Shown: one piece after another, positions 39,620 to 53,530 of the stretch | Position numbering within the stretch: position 1 is the stretch's first letter | Layout of the letters: every line of letters begins with the position of its first letter | Source: Utricularia gibba | Lineage: Eukaryota; Plantae; Magnoliophyta | Direction: 5' to 3' | Assembly (NCBI GenBank): GCA_002189035.1 | Contig: CM007991.1 | Coordinates: 5,208,001 to 5,272,000 of the forward strand | DNA length: 64,000 nt | The notes under the pieces: generated by a model | Databases searched by the model: none | What the model saw: only the letters and a program-made list of their open reading frames with translations | What the model was told of the DNA's origin: nothing | Made by a program: the position numbers and the translations under genes

Positions 39620-42385
39620 ATGTAGTCTACAAAGATGTTGCCTCTATATGCAAGTCGATAATTGCAAAATACACGTGGAGGAGGCTGTTATATCTTGATT
39701 TGCAGTCACCAATTTCCTGCCATGGGAGATATATGATGATGAGGAGGTGGTTGTCCAGATCAACGAATTCCATCGTCTCTTGGACAACATGATTGCTCAA
39801 AACATTAATATATCTATGGAGTTCATCACTGATTCACTGATCCACAAGTTACCAAGAGGATGGAATGATTATAAGGAAAGGATTTGTCAATCTGATCACA
39901 AGATGACGTTGGATCACTTAATCAATCACATTGCAATTGAGGAGAGGTATAGGAAAACTGGGAAGAAGCCAATCAAATTATGAGTATCAAGCGAATGTCC
40001 TCAAGAATAAATAAGGGAGTTACAAATCTCACTTAAAAAAATTCTGATTCTGGTTCTCATATGTCTTAGCTCCTACTAACGATGATATAAAAAAGAAAAA
40101 AAGGGCATTGTTTTGTTTTTGGTAAAGTAGGGCACTATGTAGTACAATGTAGGCATAGAATGATTGGCAAACATGGAGATAGGCCTCTGTTAAGTGTCAT
40201 TTTCTAATTGTTTATTATGTATTATTATATGTTAATTTAGTGTTAAGTCGTCCAATTTAGGATTTATATTGATAAGTATTCTATTTCCTTAGAAAAATCT
40301 TATTTTCTATTTTGTATATATTTTCTTTATCTTTTTTGTGCACTTTGACCGAGATATGTGAGGACGCAGTCGTGGAGTGTTGCAGGAGTATTGGAGGAGG
40401 TCAGACACTGACTTTTCGTGCCTTGCACACAACTTGGAACAATTGTGGGTAAAAGACGGATACTAGTCAAGGCCTCTAACTTGTGGCATATTAAAGTCTG
40501 CAGTAATGATTGGGCGTTAACTTGCACGCAAGGTAAAGCTGGTGGCGAATGCAAGACATAAAGAATGATGGGAAGGGGACAGAAGGAGTTAATGCACGTG
40601 GGGAGTGAGATAAAACCAACTTGGAACAATTATTTTCGGACCTTTTTTCGCATCTTGTCTCTAGACTTAGAACTTTTGGGTTCTTCCTCTCCTCCAAGGA
40701 GGAAGAACACTTTAGCTTTCATTTTCGTTGCTATTTTCATGGCCCTTTGTAGCGAAACCTCTTTAGTTTATGGGAGTAGATGAAGTTTTCTTCCAAATCT
40801 TGAGCACTAAACTCGGTTCCCCGTTGAATTCATTCCGGATTTTGCGTACTTCCACGTGTCTTGTTACTATCTTTTTGTAATAACTCCTAGTCAAGGTCCA
40901 TGAGTAGCCAGCCACTTTTAGTGGATTTTGATAAAGAGCAAGGTGAAGAGTACCATCTCCAACACTACCGATTCGAGGGAAGTAATGAATTGTATGTGAC
41001 TACGGTACCATGACAATGGACACGTAGTGACCTCATACCTACCACTGGTCATTGGCAACAGCTAGGCACACGTACACAATTTGGTTTTGAAGGCAATCGA
41101 CGGCAATGCTTTTGTCATCTTAATCGTCCAAGGGGAATCACATGAGGTTATTCCCGTGCCCGCTTGTCAATCTAAGTGTAAGGGAGAGTAGGCTATTCCT
41201 TACTCCTATAACCAGCTATTAGGAAGGAATTATTGAAGACCGAGGCGAGGATAGACAAAAGAGGGAAGCGGAATCTCATTCCTAGGAACTGCAACCTTTA
41301 GTCAAGATCCATTACTTAGGTTGTATCTTTATTTCTTGTACTTCAAAACCCTCCTTTTACAAATCCGTGACAATTTGTGAAAGTTTTTTACAAAACACTT
41401 TTTTCAAAACTCAACTCCCTGAGATCGATACTCATACTACACTCTTTTGTGTTTTACGTTTTATATATATATTTAAAATTTGTCGAGAAAACGACATGCA
41501 ACTGCCTCTCAAAGCCAATATTAACATTGCTCAAGGGGATGATAATGATTAGGTGATTGTGATCATGTTCGGTTGTTTGAATGTAATTGAGGCCAATGGT
41601 GAGTGGATTATAGACTCAGGAGTTAATCGTCATGTTTGCTCAAGGAAGACGTATTTCTCCTCCTATAGTCCACTCAGGGATGACAATGATGTGATTAAGT
41701 TTGTTGACAAGTCTACGACACTAGTGTCTAGAAAGGGAGAAGTCACTGTGAATTTTACTTTAGGGAAGACTGTCCTTTGAAAGGACGTGTTGCATGTTCA
41801 TGTCAGAAAAACCAATGTCATCTCAGCTATCCAAATAGATAAATGTGGCCTAAATATCAACTTAGCTAATGAGGCTGCTATGGTGATGAAAAACAATGTT
41901 TTTGTTAAGGAAGGATACATTGGTAGTTAGGAGTTGTATGTAATGCACATTTTTATTGTCTGTAAGAATAAAGTTGATTATGCTTACATGATGTGTTCTT
42001 TCAATATCTAGGTCATGCTAGATTAGGTCATGTTAACTTTTCTATATGAAAAGGATGCAACAATTAGATTTAATTCCAAAATTGCATAATTTACTTGCTA
42101 AGTGTGAGACTTATATGGAGGCAAAAAAGTCTAAGAAATCATGTTTTTATGTGCATAGAGAATCTAAATTGCTTGCATTGATTCATTCGCATGTATTTGA
42201 TAATAAGATGTGCATATCTAGAATTGGAAATAATTTCATGGTTACTTTTTTTGATGATTGTTGTAGATATGCTTGTGTGTACAAGAAAATAAAGAGAGAC
42301 AGATTTGACAACGGGGATGAGTATGCATTATTCAAAAACTTATGTGAGAAGCATAGAATAATACATGAGAAGACTCCTCCCTAAA
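39620..42385 (+). mobile_element. Ty1/copia 5' half: gag, zinc knuckle, protease, integrase (degenerate)
   Basis: LIHKLPRGWNDYK...TLDHLINHIAIEE; CFVFGKVGHYVVQC; WIIDSGVNRHVC; integrase LIHSHV...VTFFDDCCRY. Confidence 0.85.
40188..41503 (+). mobile_element. Solo LTR (1316 bp) with TSD GCCTC; 3' CA mutated to CT
   Basis: GCCTC at 40183-40187 and 41504-41508. Excision restores copia frame CRHRMIGKHGDRPLKANINIAQ. A partial copy lies at ~56058-56520. Confidence 0.85.
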
Positions 42386-42389
42386 AACG

Positions 42390-45355
42390 TGAAGTTCTAT
42401 CAACCGAACATGATAACAATCGGGTTTTAAATTGTTGATAACCGGAATATGCGTCCATTGTGCTAAAAAACCGGGATCCAGCAATGGTATCCTATACATG
42501 GTTAGCATCTCTTAAACCTTCCGGTTTGTCCTATCCTTTTTCGAAGTTCAGGTTTCTGTTGGTGCACGGAACACCTCTTGGCTGTCTGGAGGGAATTTCA
42601 GATACCGATTTCCTTCACTCGCCGAATACTCATTACGTCCCCTTTTGTGTTCCACCACTTCCGCGGGGTTTCATGTCGCATTGTTTGTCTCCCCCCCCCC
42701 TGCCAGTATGGTATTGCTCAATCATTCTTTTCATCACCCGACAATGAACAGTGTCATGTCCCATCGTTCATCTTTAGGGGTTCCACCTGGAACACCTCAC
42801 GGCGCTTGTTTAGCCGAATACCCCAAGAGGGGTGTTCTTCCTTCTGTGTGGCAGGCCGAATGTTCACGCGTGATAAACAAAAATTTCCTAATGTCGTTGC
42901 AAAAATAGAAATTTCGTATCAAATAAATTTATAAGCCCTAATTTAAACAAAATAAAAATTTAGAAAACTTGTATAGTGGATTTTGAGGTTGATCACAAGC
43001 AGCTTGTGCTTACTAGGTATTTCAGCAGACGCAAAATTTGGAATAACAGTAGGTCTTAGTTTAAGCTCGGGCTAGCAGTGACAAGTAAGTTCAGTAAATG
43101 AAATCAGGTTTAAATGCAAAAGGTAACAAGTACTAGTTCTAACTTGGAATAATATGAAGATGCCTTAAGGGTCTGCCGATGGTGTGGTACTAAAATGCCT
43201 AACTTAAATTACCATGTCCTTACACTCACAACTTCAAATAACCTTAGTCTACCCAAGTCATTTGTAATATTTTCGGCTAAGCTAGTCTCCAATATCATCA
43301 CCAAGATTGCAATTAGGTCTACCCGCATGCAAAGTGTATAGAACTAGGTCTACCCGATTCTACTAGTTCTACCCCGGACTAACACCTACTACGCCCGCCT
43401 TGATTTGTTGGTCTATCTCTAAACCAAGCTTCTTAGTCGCGAAGTTATTTGTTCCCCTCCTTAGGTCAACCCATGGAATGATAGAAACAATGAAGAATTT
43501 TACTAAGAATCCTAGACCCACACCACCATGCTTCACCTTAAGACATCCCTAGGATTCTAACTACTCATACTTTGAAGGTCAAGCATGATAACATTAACAT
43601 AAAACAACGAAAATGTCAAGAACATTGTGAAAGAGTTGCGCGCAGAAACTGAAAACATCAACAAACTAAAGTAAAGCAGTAAGAGTTCAGTTTTCCGTCT
43701 AATACTGTTCCCTGATTGGAACAGTAGCGCTGGATTGGGTTTTGATGCTGTTCTTGAGGGTGAAGTCCTTCTTCTTCTCTTTTGGTTTGTGTTCTTCGTA
43801 TTGGAGTTGGAGGTTGGGGAGAAACCCCCTCGTCCCCCATTGGAGTTTTCTCGAGTTGGAGGGAAAACCTCTTTGTGTATTCTAAAAAAACGCGTTGTCC
43901 TCTTGTGATTCTCTCTCCTCAACCTTTGTCTCGCCTCCCACTGCCCAAAGCAAGTACATTCTCTTACAGTTCTGCTACTTCTGCCCCTGACTTGCAGACT
44001 GCTGCCAGGACAGTGTATTCATTGCCTCCTGCTGCACGGTAACTTACATGAAATCCTTGACTTTTCCATGATTTTTAGGTAGCTACTGGGCTCAAAATCG
44101 GGTTAGAACATGGGTGGGCTAAATCAAAGGATTTAGCCCAATAACATACTAAAAATCACATTTTCCTAAATTATATATAAAAATACATAAAACTATAAAA
44201 TATACAACTAAACATAATTAAAAACTCATGATTTTCATATCCTAAAAACATGAAAATTTGTGTGCTATCAACACGACTTTTCATTTCAGCTCTGAGATCA
44301 TTGTCTACCCCAGTATACTTCATTATCTTCCTGAGAAGTTCCCCCAAATTTTTCGGTTTGGACTTCGATAAACTCTGCCTCAGCTTGGAGGTCCTTAAAG
44401 CGCACTTGATGATTTCTACTCTCTCCTTGAGGTCCAACTGGACATATTGTGCCAAGTAGTTGAACATTCTCAAACCTTTCTTTTCAGTGATCGTATCGGA
44501 TGGAATATAATGCCCTCTTCAAAGGCGGAGCTTTGATGTTAACAGCATATCGGGTGGTGAATAGTAGCACCAACTCTCGATAAGATCCCACGCTACAAGG
44601 TTCCAGCTGTTTGAACCAAGTCTTTTCTCCCTTTTAGAGTGAACAAGCGAATAGGTTGCACTTTATAGCTTCCGAGTGCCGGACTGTTGTTCCCTATTGA
44701 TGACCATGAGGCCGGAGTCTTGTATGCTAGTACTACCTTCATTGCCGGACTTGATGGCCGCATTGTTATTTGCCATAGTGAGAGTTTGATAATTATCTCC
44801 TATGGATTTTTCAAATGGGGTAGTAGATCTTGCCCCATGGTGGGTGCCAGAATGTTGTGGTCAGAAATCGGTAGTGAGGTAGGTGCCAATTTCCAGGTTA
44901 CGAGCAAAATCGCGCGGGTTGGATTGGATCCGGATGTAAGCATTTCGGATGGTATGATGCGATTGACAGAAGTGAAGAAAGATATGGATTTTAATGTGGA
45001 AACCGTCGGAGAATGGAAAAACCACGAAGTTGTCGGAGCTCGCTAGAAAATGGTTCCACTAGACGGAGGTGGAGAAAAGATACCAATTAGAAAGCCGGGA
45101 GTTGAACCCTTTTTCTTCGGATTTCCTCATATTTATATGATGAGTTGATCCGACCGAATCTTGAGCCTCACAGATGTCGGCTGCTTTCTTTTCCTGCCAA
45201 TTGTATTCTGGTTCCCTTCACAGATAACCGCCAACTACGCTGTCATTCCTATAATTCGGCGGCTTTTCAGTCTGTCGAACTGCGACAATTTGTTAAGACA
45301 CCTTTTTGGCTCCTTTTCAATGGCTGATTAACTCGATCCAATTTAGATCCCATCA
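42390..45355 (-). mobile_element. Tat/Retand-like 5' end: 5' LTR 44853-45355, PBS, gag remnant
   Basis: PBS TGGCACCCACCATGGGG directly after the LTR on the minus strand; gag ALRTSKLRQSLSKSKPKNLGELLRKIMKY; knuckle remnant GHDTVHC near 42750. Confidence 0.8.
42871..44270 (-). mobile_element. Solo LTR (1400 bp), TSD ACGCG/ACACG (1 mismatch), inside Tat gag
   Basis: TGATAGCACAC...TTTATCA on the minus strand; homologous along its length to 27760-29115. Confidence 0.85.
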
Positions 45356-45470
45356 AGAGCAAATAGATCGTTAAGAAAAAGATGTTTGCAAATGATCAAG
45401 TAGATAAATACAAGGCTCGAGTTTTAGCAAATGAGTTCATAAAAAAACCGAGTATTGACTACTTTGAGAC
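45356..45470 (+). mobile_element. Ty1/copia RT N-terminal fragment
   Basis: KKMFANDQVDKYKARVLANEFIKKPSIDYFET matches the copia YKARLVAKGF..GIDY..T motif. Confidence 0.7.
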
Positions 45471-47189
45471 ACTTAATAACATTGTTTTTATTGTGTTTTT
45501 ATATGTGTTTATAGGTGTGTTTAATAAGGTTAAATATGTTTAATAAGGTTAAATGTAGTGTGCTAAATTGTCTCCTTTTTGTGTATTTAGTTTAATGAAA
45601 TGTGTTTATTGTGAAAAAAGACTAATTGACAACAATTGAGCCGAAAACTTTCATTTTTTTCCTTTAGTATATGTTTAAGTCTTAACAAGGTAAGAGTGAG
45701 TACTGGCAGCGTATTTTCCACATTGAGAGTCCAAAGGAGCAAAAAAGCTGAGAAAATCAACTTTTTGCTGAAAGCAACCACCCTCTGAAAAGATAATACC
45801 TGGAGTAGAGATCTTCCTTCTAGAAGCCTAAGGAAAAGATGGAGATGCCCTTCATTTTGAGCGGGAAAAGAAAAACGGAAGAAGAGAGAGAGAAGAGAGT
45901 GAACAGTGAAGGAGTGTGAGTAGAGGAGAACGGTGGTTCTCCGGCGAATAGCTCTGGCCGGCCTTCAGATCTGCACTCTCCACAAGCTTTATGCCTAGAA
46001 CTTTCATTTTCAGCAGATCTACGATTGAGAGCAATGGCTGGACACGTTATTTCTATTTTCTGCACTTCCATTTCTATTGTTGAACTTGCTTTTGTTACTT
46101 TCTGTGTTTTCATGCTTTCTATTACGTTTCTTGAGCAAAGTGTGAACAAGAAATCTCTTGTAGACTTTATTTGAGCATATGAACTTGTTTATGTTTGAGT
46201 TCTTCAATCTTTTCCTAGAAGATTACAAGCTAGAGGAAGGAAAGAAGAGAAGGACTCCATAATTTCAACCTTGGATTATGTTATGATTACCATGAAGGCT
46301 GTAGATTATTTGAGGCAAGTGCCAAAAGTGATGAAAGTTCTGAAGGATTTGTATAGTTCGAAAAGCAAGAGCAAGGATGAAGAGGTCTTCAAAGTTAGTG
46401 CTCAAGTCTCAACCTACCTGACGCAGCAATTTCCAGAAAGATGTTTAGACCCTAGAACATTCTTTGTCTTGATTCAAGTAGAATCTAAATTCATCAGTAG
46501 GGCAATGGCGGATCAAGGTGATTCAATCAACATGATGCCTTATGAAGTTTATCTAGCACTAGATTTGGAATCCCTCAAGCCACAAACTTGATATTACAAC
46601 TTGCAACCAGATCAGTGGCCATTCTAAAGGGTATTGCTGAAGATGTTTTAGTTAGAGTTTCTAACATTTGCTATCCTTGCTGCTTTATTGTTGTTAAAAT
46701 GCCACTAGTTAGGGTGAATGATAATACTTTAATTATCGGACACCCTTTCCTAGCTACTAGAAATGCTCAAATTGATCGTAGGAAAGGAGCTATCACTATT
46801 GGTTACGCTGATGATATTTCTCTTTTCAAGACCAATGAAGCTTAAAAGTTCCTTGATGATTTTGCACCTATGACTGGAGTTGATGTGGCTGATGAGCTGG
46901 TGGAGGAAGTTTCTAATGAAGAGCAGCATGATATTCTTGAAATTTGTAGACAAGACATTGAGCTCGAAGAGGAGGAAGCTGAGCACATAAGTCTAGAATG
47001 ATTCATTGAAGATAAAGACTTGGTGAAGCTTGGAGAGGTGACTTGTGCTGAACCACCAGAGTTGAAGCCTTTGCCTTCACATTTGAAATATGCATTTATT
47101 GGTGAAAACTCAAAGCTGGTGAATATCAATGCTGATCTTTCTTATAAAGAAGAGATGAAGCTTATGGATGTTCTGAAAGCTAACCGGAA

Positions 47190-47850
47190 TTAATCTTCTG
47201 TCACAATGCATAGGATTTATCGATAATGATGGATTTGATTAATTAAGAGTTAATTAATAAATCCATTATTACGGTCTTGATTGAAGAAGCCTATAGGGTC
47301 ACACACAACAGTGGAGTCACTCATCGATATAAAATAGAATGACATAATTGCATGAGATGTAATTGGTAAGGTGGATAAATTAAATAGAGAGCTATTTTGA
47401 GATTAATATTGATTAAACTCAAAATAAAAGATCTCATATAGATATGATTTGGAACATATACATGTTTTCTACAAGATAAGATCTTTATGGAGATATGATT
47501 TGATATGTCACAAAAATATCTATAAAAAAGATTTAGATCTTGAGATTTGTTCTAAGGTCTTCGTGCTCTCTGAGACTAATCCACAAGGAGGTGTTTTTCT
47601 CTACTAGCACCTAAGAAATTCGACCAGCATTCAAGAGCCTTGAGAAGGTTATCGACGGAGTGCTCCACGTGTGGATACCATAGAGGCCGTCTGCTATTGG
47701 CAGTTGGTGAACAACAGAGTTATCTGAAAGGTATTTTGAACATCCCTTCGTCTGATATATACCGTATTCCAAGATTTGCGTTTGGGGTTTCTCAAAATTT
47801 TTAAAATTCCGCTGCTTTTGAGACATACGATGTCTACGACAAGTCCAACA
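47190..47850 (+). mobile_element. 3' part of the 23640-family LTR inserted in Athila pol
   Basis: Homologous to ~24165-24818; ends CCAACA immediately before the RT motif ..EGYN. Confidence 0.8.
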
Positions 47851-49093
47851 GTATGGAGGGTATAACTAGGTTGCTGTGGCACTAGATGATCAAGAAAGGA
47901 CGACGTGCACCTGCCCCTTCAGAACCTATGCATACAAGAAGATGCCTTTGGTCTATGCAATGCTCCAGTGATGTTTCAAAGGTGTGTCACCAGCATTTTT
48001 TTGGATTATATTGATGATTTCATAGAAGTGTTTATAGATGACTTTACTGAGCATGGGACTAGATTTGATTATTGCTTGAATCATTTGGAACTTGTTTTGA
48101 AACGTTTTGTTGAAAAGGATTTAGTTTTGAACTCCGAAAAGTGTCATTTGATGATATGCCAAGGAATTGTACTTGGGCATGTTGTTTATGTAGTAGGTCT
48201 TATGGTAGATTCTACTAAGGTCAGCACTATTTCTGGTTCACCTTATCCATGTGATGAAAGAGGTGTTCGTGCATTTTTGGGCCATGTTGGATTTTATAGG
48301 AGGTTTGTTAACGGATTCTCTCAAATTTCTCGCCCATTGACTAACCTCTTGCAAAAAGATGTTGAGTTTATTTTTTCATATGAATGGATGCATGCTTTTG
48401 ACACTCTCAAAAGGCCATCACTTCAGCTCCTATCATACAAGCACCCAATTGCAATTAACCATTCAATGTAATGACTGATGCTTCCAACTATGTAGTTGGA
48501 GCTGTGTTGGGCCAAAAGCCTGATGGAAAGGATACCATTATTAGCTATGCATCTGAAACCTTGGAGAGTGCTCAAGCAAATTACACTACAACCAAGAAGG
48601 AGATGTTAGCTATTGTGTTTGCATTGGGGAAGTTTTGGAGCTATCTATTGGGTAACAAAGTGATTGTGCACACATACCATGCCACCATCAAACATCTCAT
48701 GTCTAAGAAGTAGACCAAACCGAGGCTTATGAAATCAAGGATAAGCCTAGGAAGCACAATGAAGTTGCAAATCACCTTAGCAGAATCAAGCAACCTCTAG
48801 ATGGTGTACCAATTGCTGAAGAATTTCTAGATGAACAACTCTGTACAATTAACGCTGATGTAGGAAAGACCGGTGAACCATGGTACGCTAACATCACCAA
48901 CTATCTTTGCACTAGCGAGATGCCATTGGACTTAAATAGCTATGAGAAGCTGAAGATGAAGAGTGACATCAAACATTATTTTTGGGATGACCCCTATCTA
49001 TGGAAAAATTGTCCTAATGGTGTAGTGCAAAGATGCTTGACCAAAGATGACATTCACCAAGTGCTAGCATTTTGTCATGCATCTGCTACTAAA

Positions 49094-50195
49094 TGTTAGG
49101 TTTCTTATAGACATCGCATGTCAGAAAAGCAGAGGAATTTAAAAATTTTCGAGAAACCCCAAACGTAGATCTTGTAATGCGATATACATCAGATAAGGAG
49201 ATTTTAAAAATACCTTTTAGTGGACTCCCTTGTTCACCAACCGCCAACACTAGATGGCATGTATGGTATTCACATGTGAAGCACTCCATCGATAACCTTT
49301 TCAAGGCCACAGAATGATGGTCCATCTCCTCAGGTGCTAGTAGAGAAAGTCTCCCCTTACGGATAAATCTCAGAGAGAATGAAGATATGAATAAATCTGT
49401 GGATTGAATCTTTCTAATAGGTATTTGATAACATATCTAATCAAATCTCCGGAATGATCTTATCTTGTGGAGATATATATATGTTCCAAATCTTATCTAT
49501 ATCAAATCTTTTATTTTGAGTTTAATCAATATTAAACTGAAAATAACTCTCTATTTAATTTATCCACTTTACCAATTACATCTCATATAATTGTGTCATT
49601 CTATTTTATATCGATGAGCGACTCTACTATAATGTATGACTCTATAGGTTTCTTCAATCAAGTCCGTGATAATAGATTTATTAATTAACCCTTAATTAAA
49701 TTAAAGACATCATTATCGATCATGAGTGATGTCTAGCAACATATCATGATCCTCAAGATGTAAGAATAAATAGATTTCATCATACTTATATCTCATTCAA
49801 TACTAGAACATCGGTGTGTGTCTTTCTGATGTATCTCATTTAAGCACTAACAATCAATGACGTACACAAACACTTTGACTGTCATTACTCTGGGCCCAGG
49901 ACTTATTATTAGGCTTCAATGCAATTATTTGAGATAAGATCTCATAGCTAACATGAGTGATGAATCCTTTATTAATCAATCAACTATATCCAACCTTAAA
50001 GAGTCACATCCCTTCTCATCCATACTAGGCAAGCCATGGTTAGGCTGCCATTAGTAATGAGCGAAAATGTGATCTTAAGATCAAGATAACTTTGTTAACC
50101 TCAAGTCTAAGCTTACTTGCATGGCTATCATATTCGAGATCTTGCTCATGATACTTGGTTAGCTTCCCATAGTAGCATCTCGAAGATGAGTCATC
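49094..50195 (-). mobile_element. Inverted copy of the 23640-family LTR inserted in Athila pol
   Basis: Reverse complement of ~23640-24818; sits between CHASA and EMPMQPI of the integrase region. Confidence 0.8.
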
Positions 50196-51361
50196 TTGTG
50201 AGATGCCAATGCAGCCAATTGTTGTTCTAGAAGTGTTCGATGTGTGGGGCATCGACTTTATGAGCCCCTTTCCAAACTATGATGACTATGAGTACATCTT
50301 GGTGGTAGTGGACTATGTTTCAAAGTGGATAGAGGTGATCTCCACCAAGTCACAAGACACTCATTTAGTCATACGCTTTCTGAAGAATAAAATCTTTGTG
50401 AGGTTTGAAACACCCAAAGCCTGGATCAGTGATTGTGGAAGCCATTTCCTCAACAAGGCTTTGGAGAGATCACTGAAAAGCTATGGAGTCCTGTATAAGC
50501 TGTCTAACTCTTACTACCTTCAGACCAATGAGCAGGCAAAGGTTACTAATAGGGAAATCAAGCAAATTCTGGAGAAGAGTGTGACTTCCTCTCACAAGGA
50601 TTGGAGCTCCAAGCTGAATGACACCTTTTGTGCAATTCACACAGCCTTCAAAACCCCAATCAATATTTGGAGTTAGAGCAGAAGGCCAGATAGGCGATCC
50701 AGTGAGTGAATTTGGAGATTCAAGGCAGTGATGATTGAGAAAGCTCCAACTTTCAAAGCTTTATGAACTAAGACATAAGGCCTACATGAATTCTAATATC
50801 TTCATGGAATGCACGAATCAATTCCATGACCGCCAGATCTTGCAAAAGCACTTTGAGCTTGGACAAAACGCATTTTTGTTTCAATCAAAGCCCAAACTTT
50901 ACCTAAGTAAACTAAAATCTCACAGATTGAAAGTGTTTCATGAGCTAATGATGGATGAAGTGGGATGCCTTGTGGATGTTGTGGCATTCATAGAAAATTC
51001 TCTGTAAGTGACTTTGCACTTATGTCTTACCCTAAGACTTATTCTAGGATCCTCCTTCGGAGGTAACCAGTATTTTATACCTTTATTTTCTTTACGCACT
51101 TTTCTTTTCTTTCTGCACTTTCAGTTATGCATTTTGCCTTATGTGCGGCTGCAATCTTTTATTTTATTGGTTTTTCTACCCCACTACTAGGTTCGGTTAA
51201 AATTGCCCCAATCCTGTGTAGTCGCATTTCTTTTCTTTATTTTTTTAGTTACACAGGCCTAGTGGGTTCAATATAAAAAGGGTGGGAAACCCTTCTTCTC
51301 AACAGCTACTTTCCCCTTTTGCACCCCTTTCCTCCTTTCGAAGAACTATTACGACTCTTCC

Positions 51362-53530
51362 ATGGTGAACCTCCCTTCCTCTAACTCCAACGCCATGCGT
51401 CCAACCACAATTGACTACACATCTGTTCTAACACCCCCTCTACCTTTCGATTCATCCTCTGGTGCACCACCTATTGTTCGATTTTTTCCCAAATCTACCA
51501 CCACACTCTCTATTGTGAACCCTAGGCCCTCTTCCGACGCAATGCTGCTCATGATGAAGGTTGAAGCCGACATTTTGCAGTTGCTGCTGACATTGTGGAG
51601 GAACACCTGCACACCTTTGCCTTGAGTGCCTCTATACCCACTGCTGCACCACTGCCACCCTTTGTTTCCGTTGCTATGCCACCGCGCTAGTGCACTCCCA
51701 TTCTTGACGTCCCCTTGGTCCCAGATGGCAATTCGATTGGTTTTTCCCTCACTCTAGCTATACCTCACCCTTCTACCACCTCACTGACCAGACAACACAG
51801 CACCCCTTCCCACTGTTAGTGATCACCCTCTCTACTACCCCTTCGCCACTGTAGGGCTTTACCCTTGGACCCCCTCTCAATCTAGACTACATTTACACGA
51901 ATTTCCTTGAGGGGAAGGAAACTCTAGAACCCCAGAGAGGGTTATTTCCAAAACAGTTTCCCCTGCTACCAGATCTGCTCCAGAAGCTGCACCAGAAGCC
52001 TATCAGAGCAATGCTCTACCAAGGAATACTTTAGCAAGACGTGTAACTAGCAAGAGAAGTAGGGTCAAGCAGTGTGTGACCAACATGACTTACAACACGT
52101 GAAAGCAGAGAGCAGCAAAAGACGACCTTGCTACCAAATAGTGGGAAGAGGGGAATATAGCTAGCAAGAAAAAGGTAGCGACTAAAACAAGTGAGAAGAA
52201 AAGTGTGGAGAAGGATCCTGCGACTACCCAAGTAACTTTAAAGGCAACGAGAGAGGAGGATGCCACTGCTCGTAGAGGGCAACTATAGAGGGCCATGAAA
52301 GAACAGAACAAAAGGGCTCAAGAAGCAAAGGAAGACTAAATAGAGGAAGGAGGAAAAGGGTAAAGTGAAAAAGATTGATCCCCCTATTGGATCCACCATA
52401 TTTGCAGACAAAGACATCACCATGGCAGATTTGGAGGATTGATCCATGAGAATGACAGGAGAAGGGGGTGCATTCTTCAGCAAAGAAGATACATAAATCT
52501 TCATGGAGTATCTTCGATTCAGTAGCAAAGTCCACAAGGAGAAGCTGGACACAATTTTGGAGCAGAGCTAGAATTGTTGCATTGTGTAAATGCTGACACT
52601 CTCCAAGCATTAGGCATGGAAGAGGAGGTAAAGGACAGATTGGTAGGTACACCATTTCTTCATATTTTCTGAAATCGCCTCCCTGCTTGTGCTGAATTTT
52701 GTTATGAATTTTTCACTACTTTTGTATATGATGTGCCTAAAACTGTGTTTGCCCCATGTGTTATTCAATTTCGATTATTTTGGAAATGATTCACATATGC
52801 TATGGCCGAGTGGAATAGAACCTTAGGGTTTGTTTCTAAAGATGATTCGAACTCCACTGTTTTCTAGACTTCTATGTTTGATTTTCCTGGTGTTGAATAT
52901 TTTGATGAGCATGAAGTGCATGAACAATTGATTGCGAAGTGCAAAGTTATTTTTAAACGGAAAGGTACTAAGGCTAGGCTTATAGTTGATCCAATGTGGA
53001 GGATTATTCATGTGCTTCTTTCTGCCTCCTTTTTCCAATATCAATGTTCTTTCAACTCCTTGTTTAAAAATGAAACTTCTATTTTGCGGAGTTTGATGAT
53101 GAAAAGACCTTTACACGTTGGTGCATTACTTGCTGATTTGATGAAAGAGGAAGTATGGAGCAGAAATTGTGTTTTAACCTTAAGCTTTGAGAACTAGATT
53201 TCCTATTTGGCTTTGAAGGAATTCGGTCCCGATGTTTTAGAAAATGCTAGCTTGCACATTCAACCCCGTCATCTCCCCATTGACTTATCTTTCCTGACAA
53301 TCATTGGAATGATTCAACTTGCCAAAGACAAGATCATACTTTTATTGAGCATAGATGTTGGAAACCTTGTGGAGCAGCCCCTGTCCAATGCTCAGGAATC
53401 TTCTACATCTGCTAAGACAGGGCAAGCAACTATGAAAAGCAAAGATTGTTGTTGCTTGAAGGAAATTCGTGAGCTAAGAGGTTTTGTAGCAACGCTGAAA
53501 ATGTACTTGGAAATTCTGCTTGATTTGTAG
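51362..53530 (+). pseudogene. Athila env-like (extra 3' ORF) remnant
   Basis: Pro/Ser-rich then Glu/Lys-rich stretch, followed by PACAEFCYEFFTTF...IQFRL...EWNRTLG, typical of Athila env-like proteins; many stops and frameshifts. Confidence 0.6.

Noticed and set aside
21215-45355. Tat 3' LTR (21215) and 5' LTR (45355) as one 24-kb element that captured the transporter gene
   Set aside because: The flanks do not match (ATAGA vs AGAGC), the LTR lengths differ, no pol lies between them, and the transporter looks like a normal resident gene.
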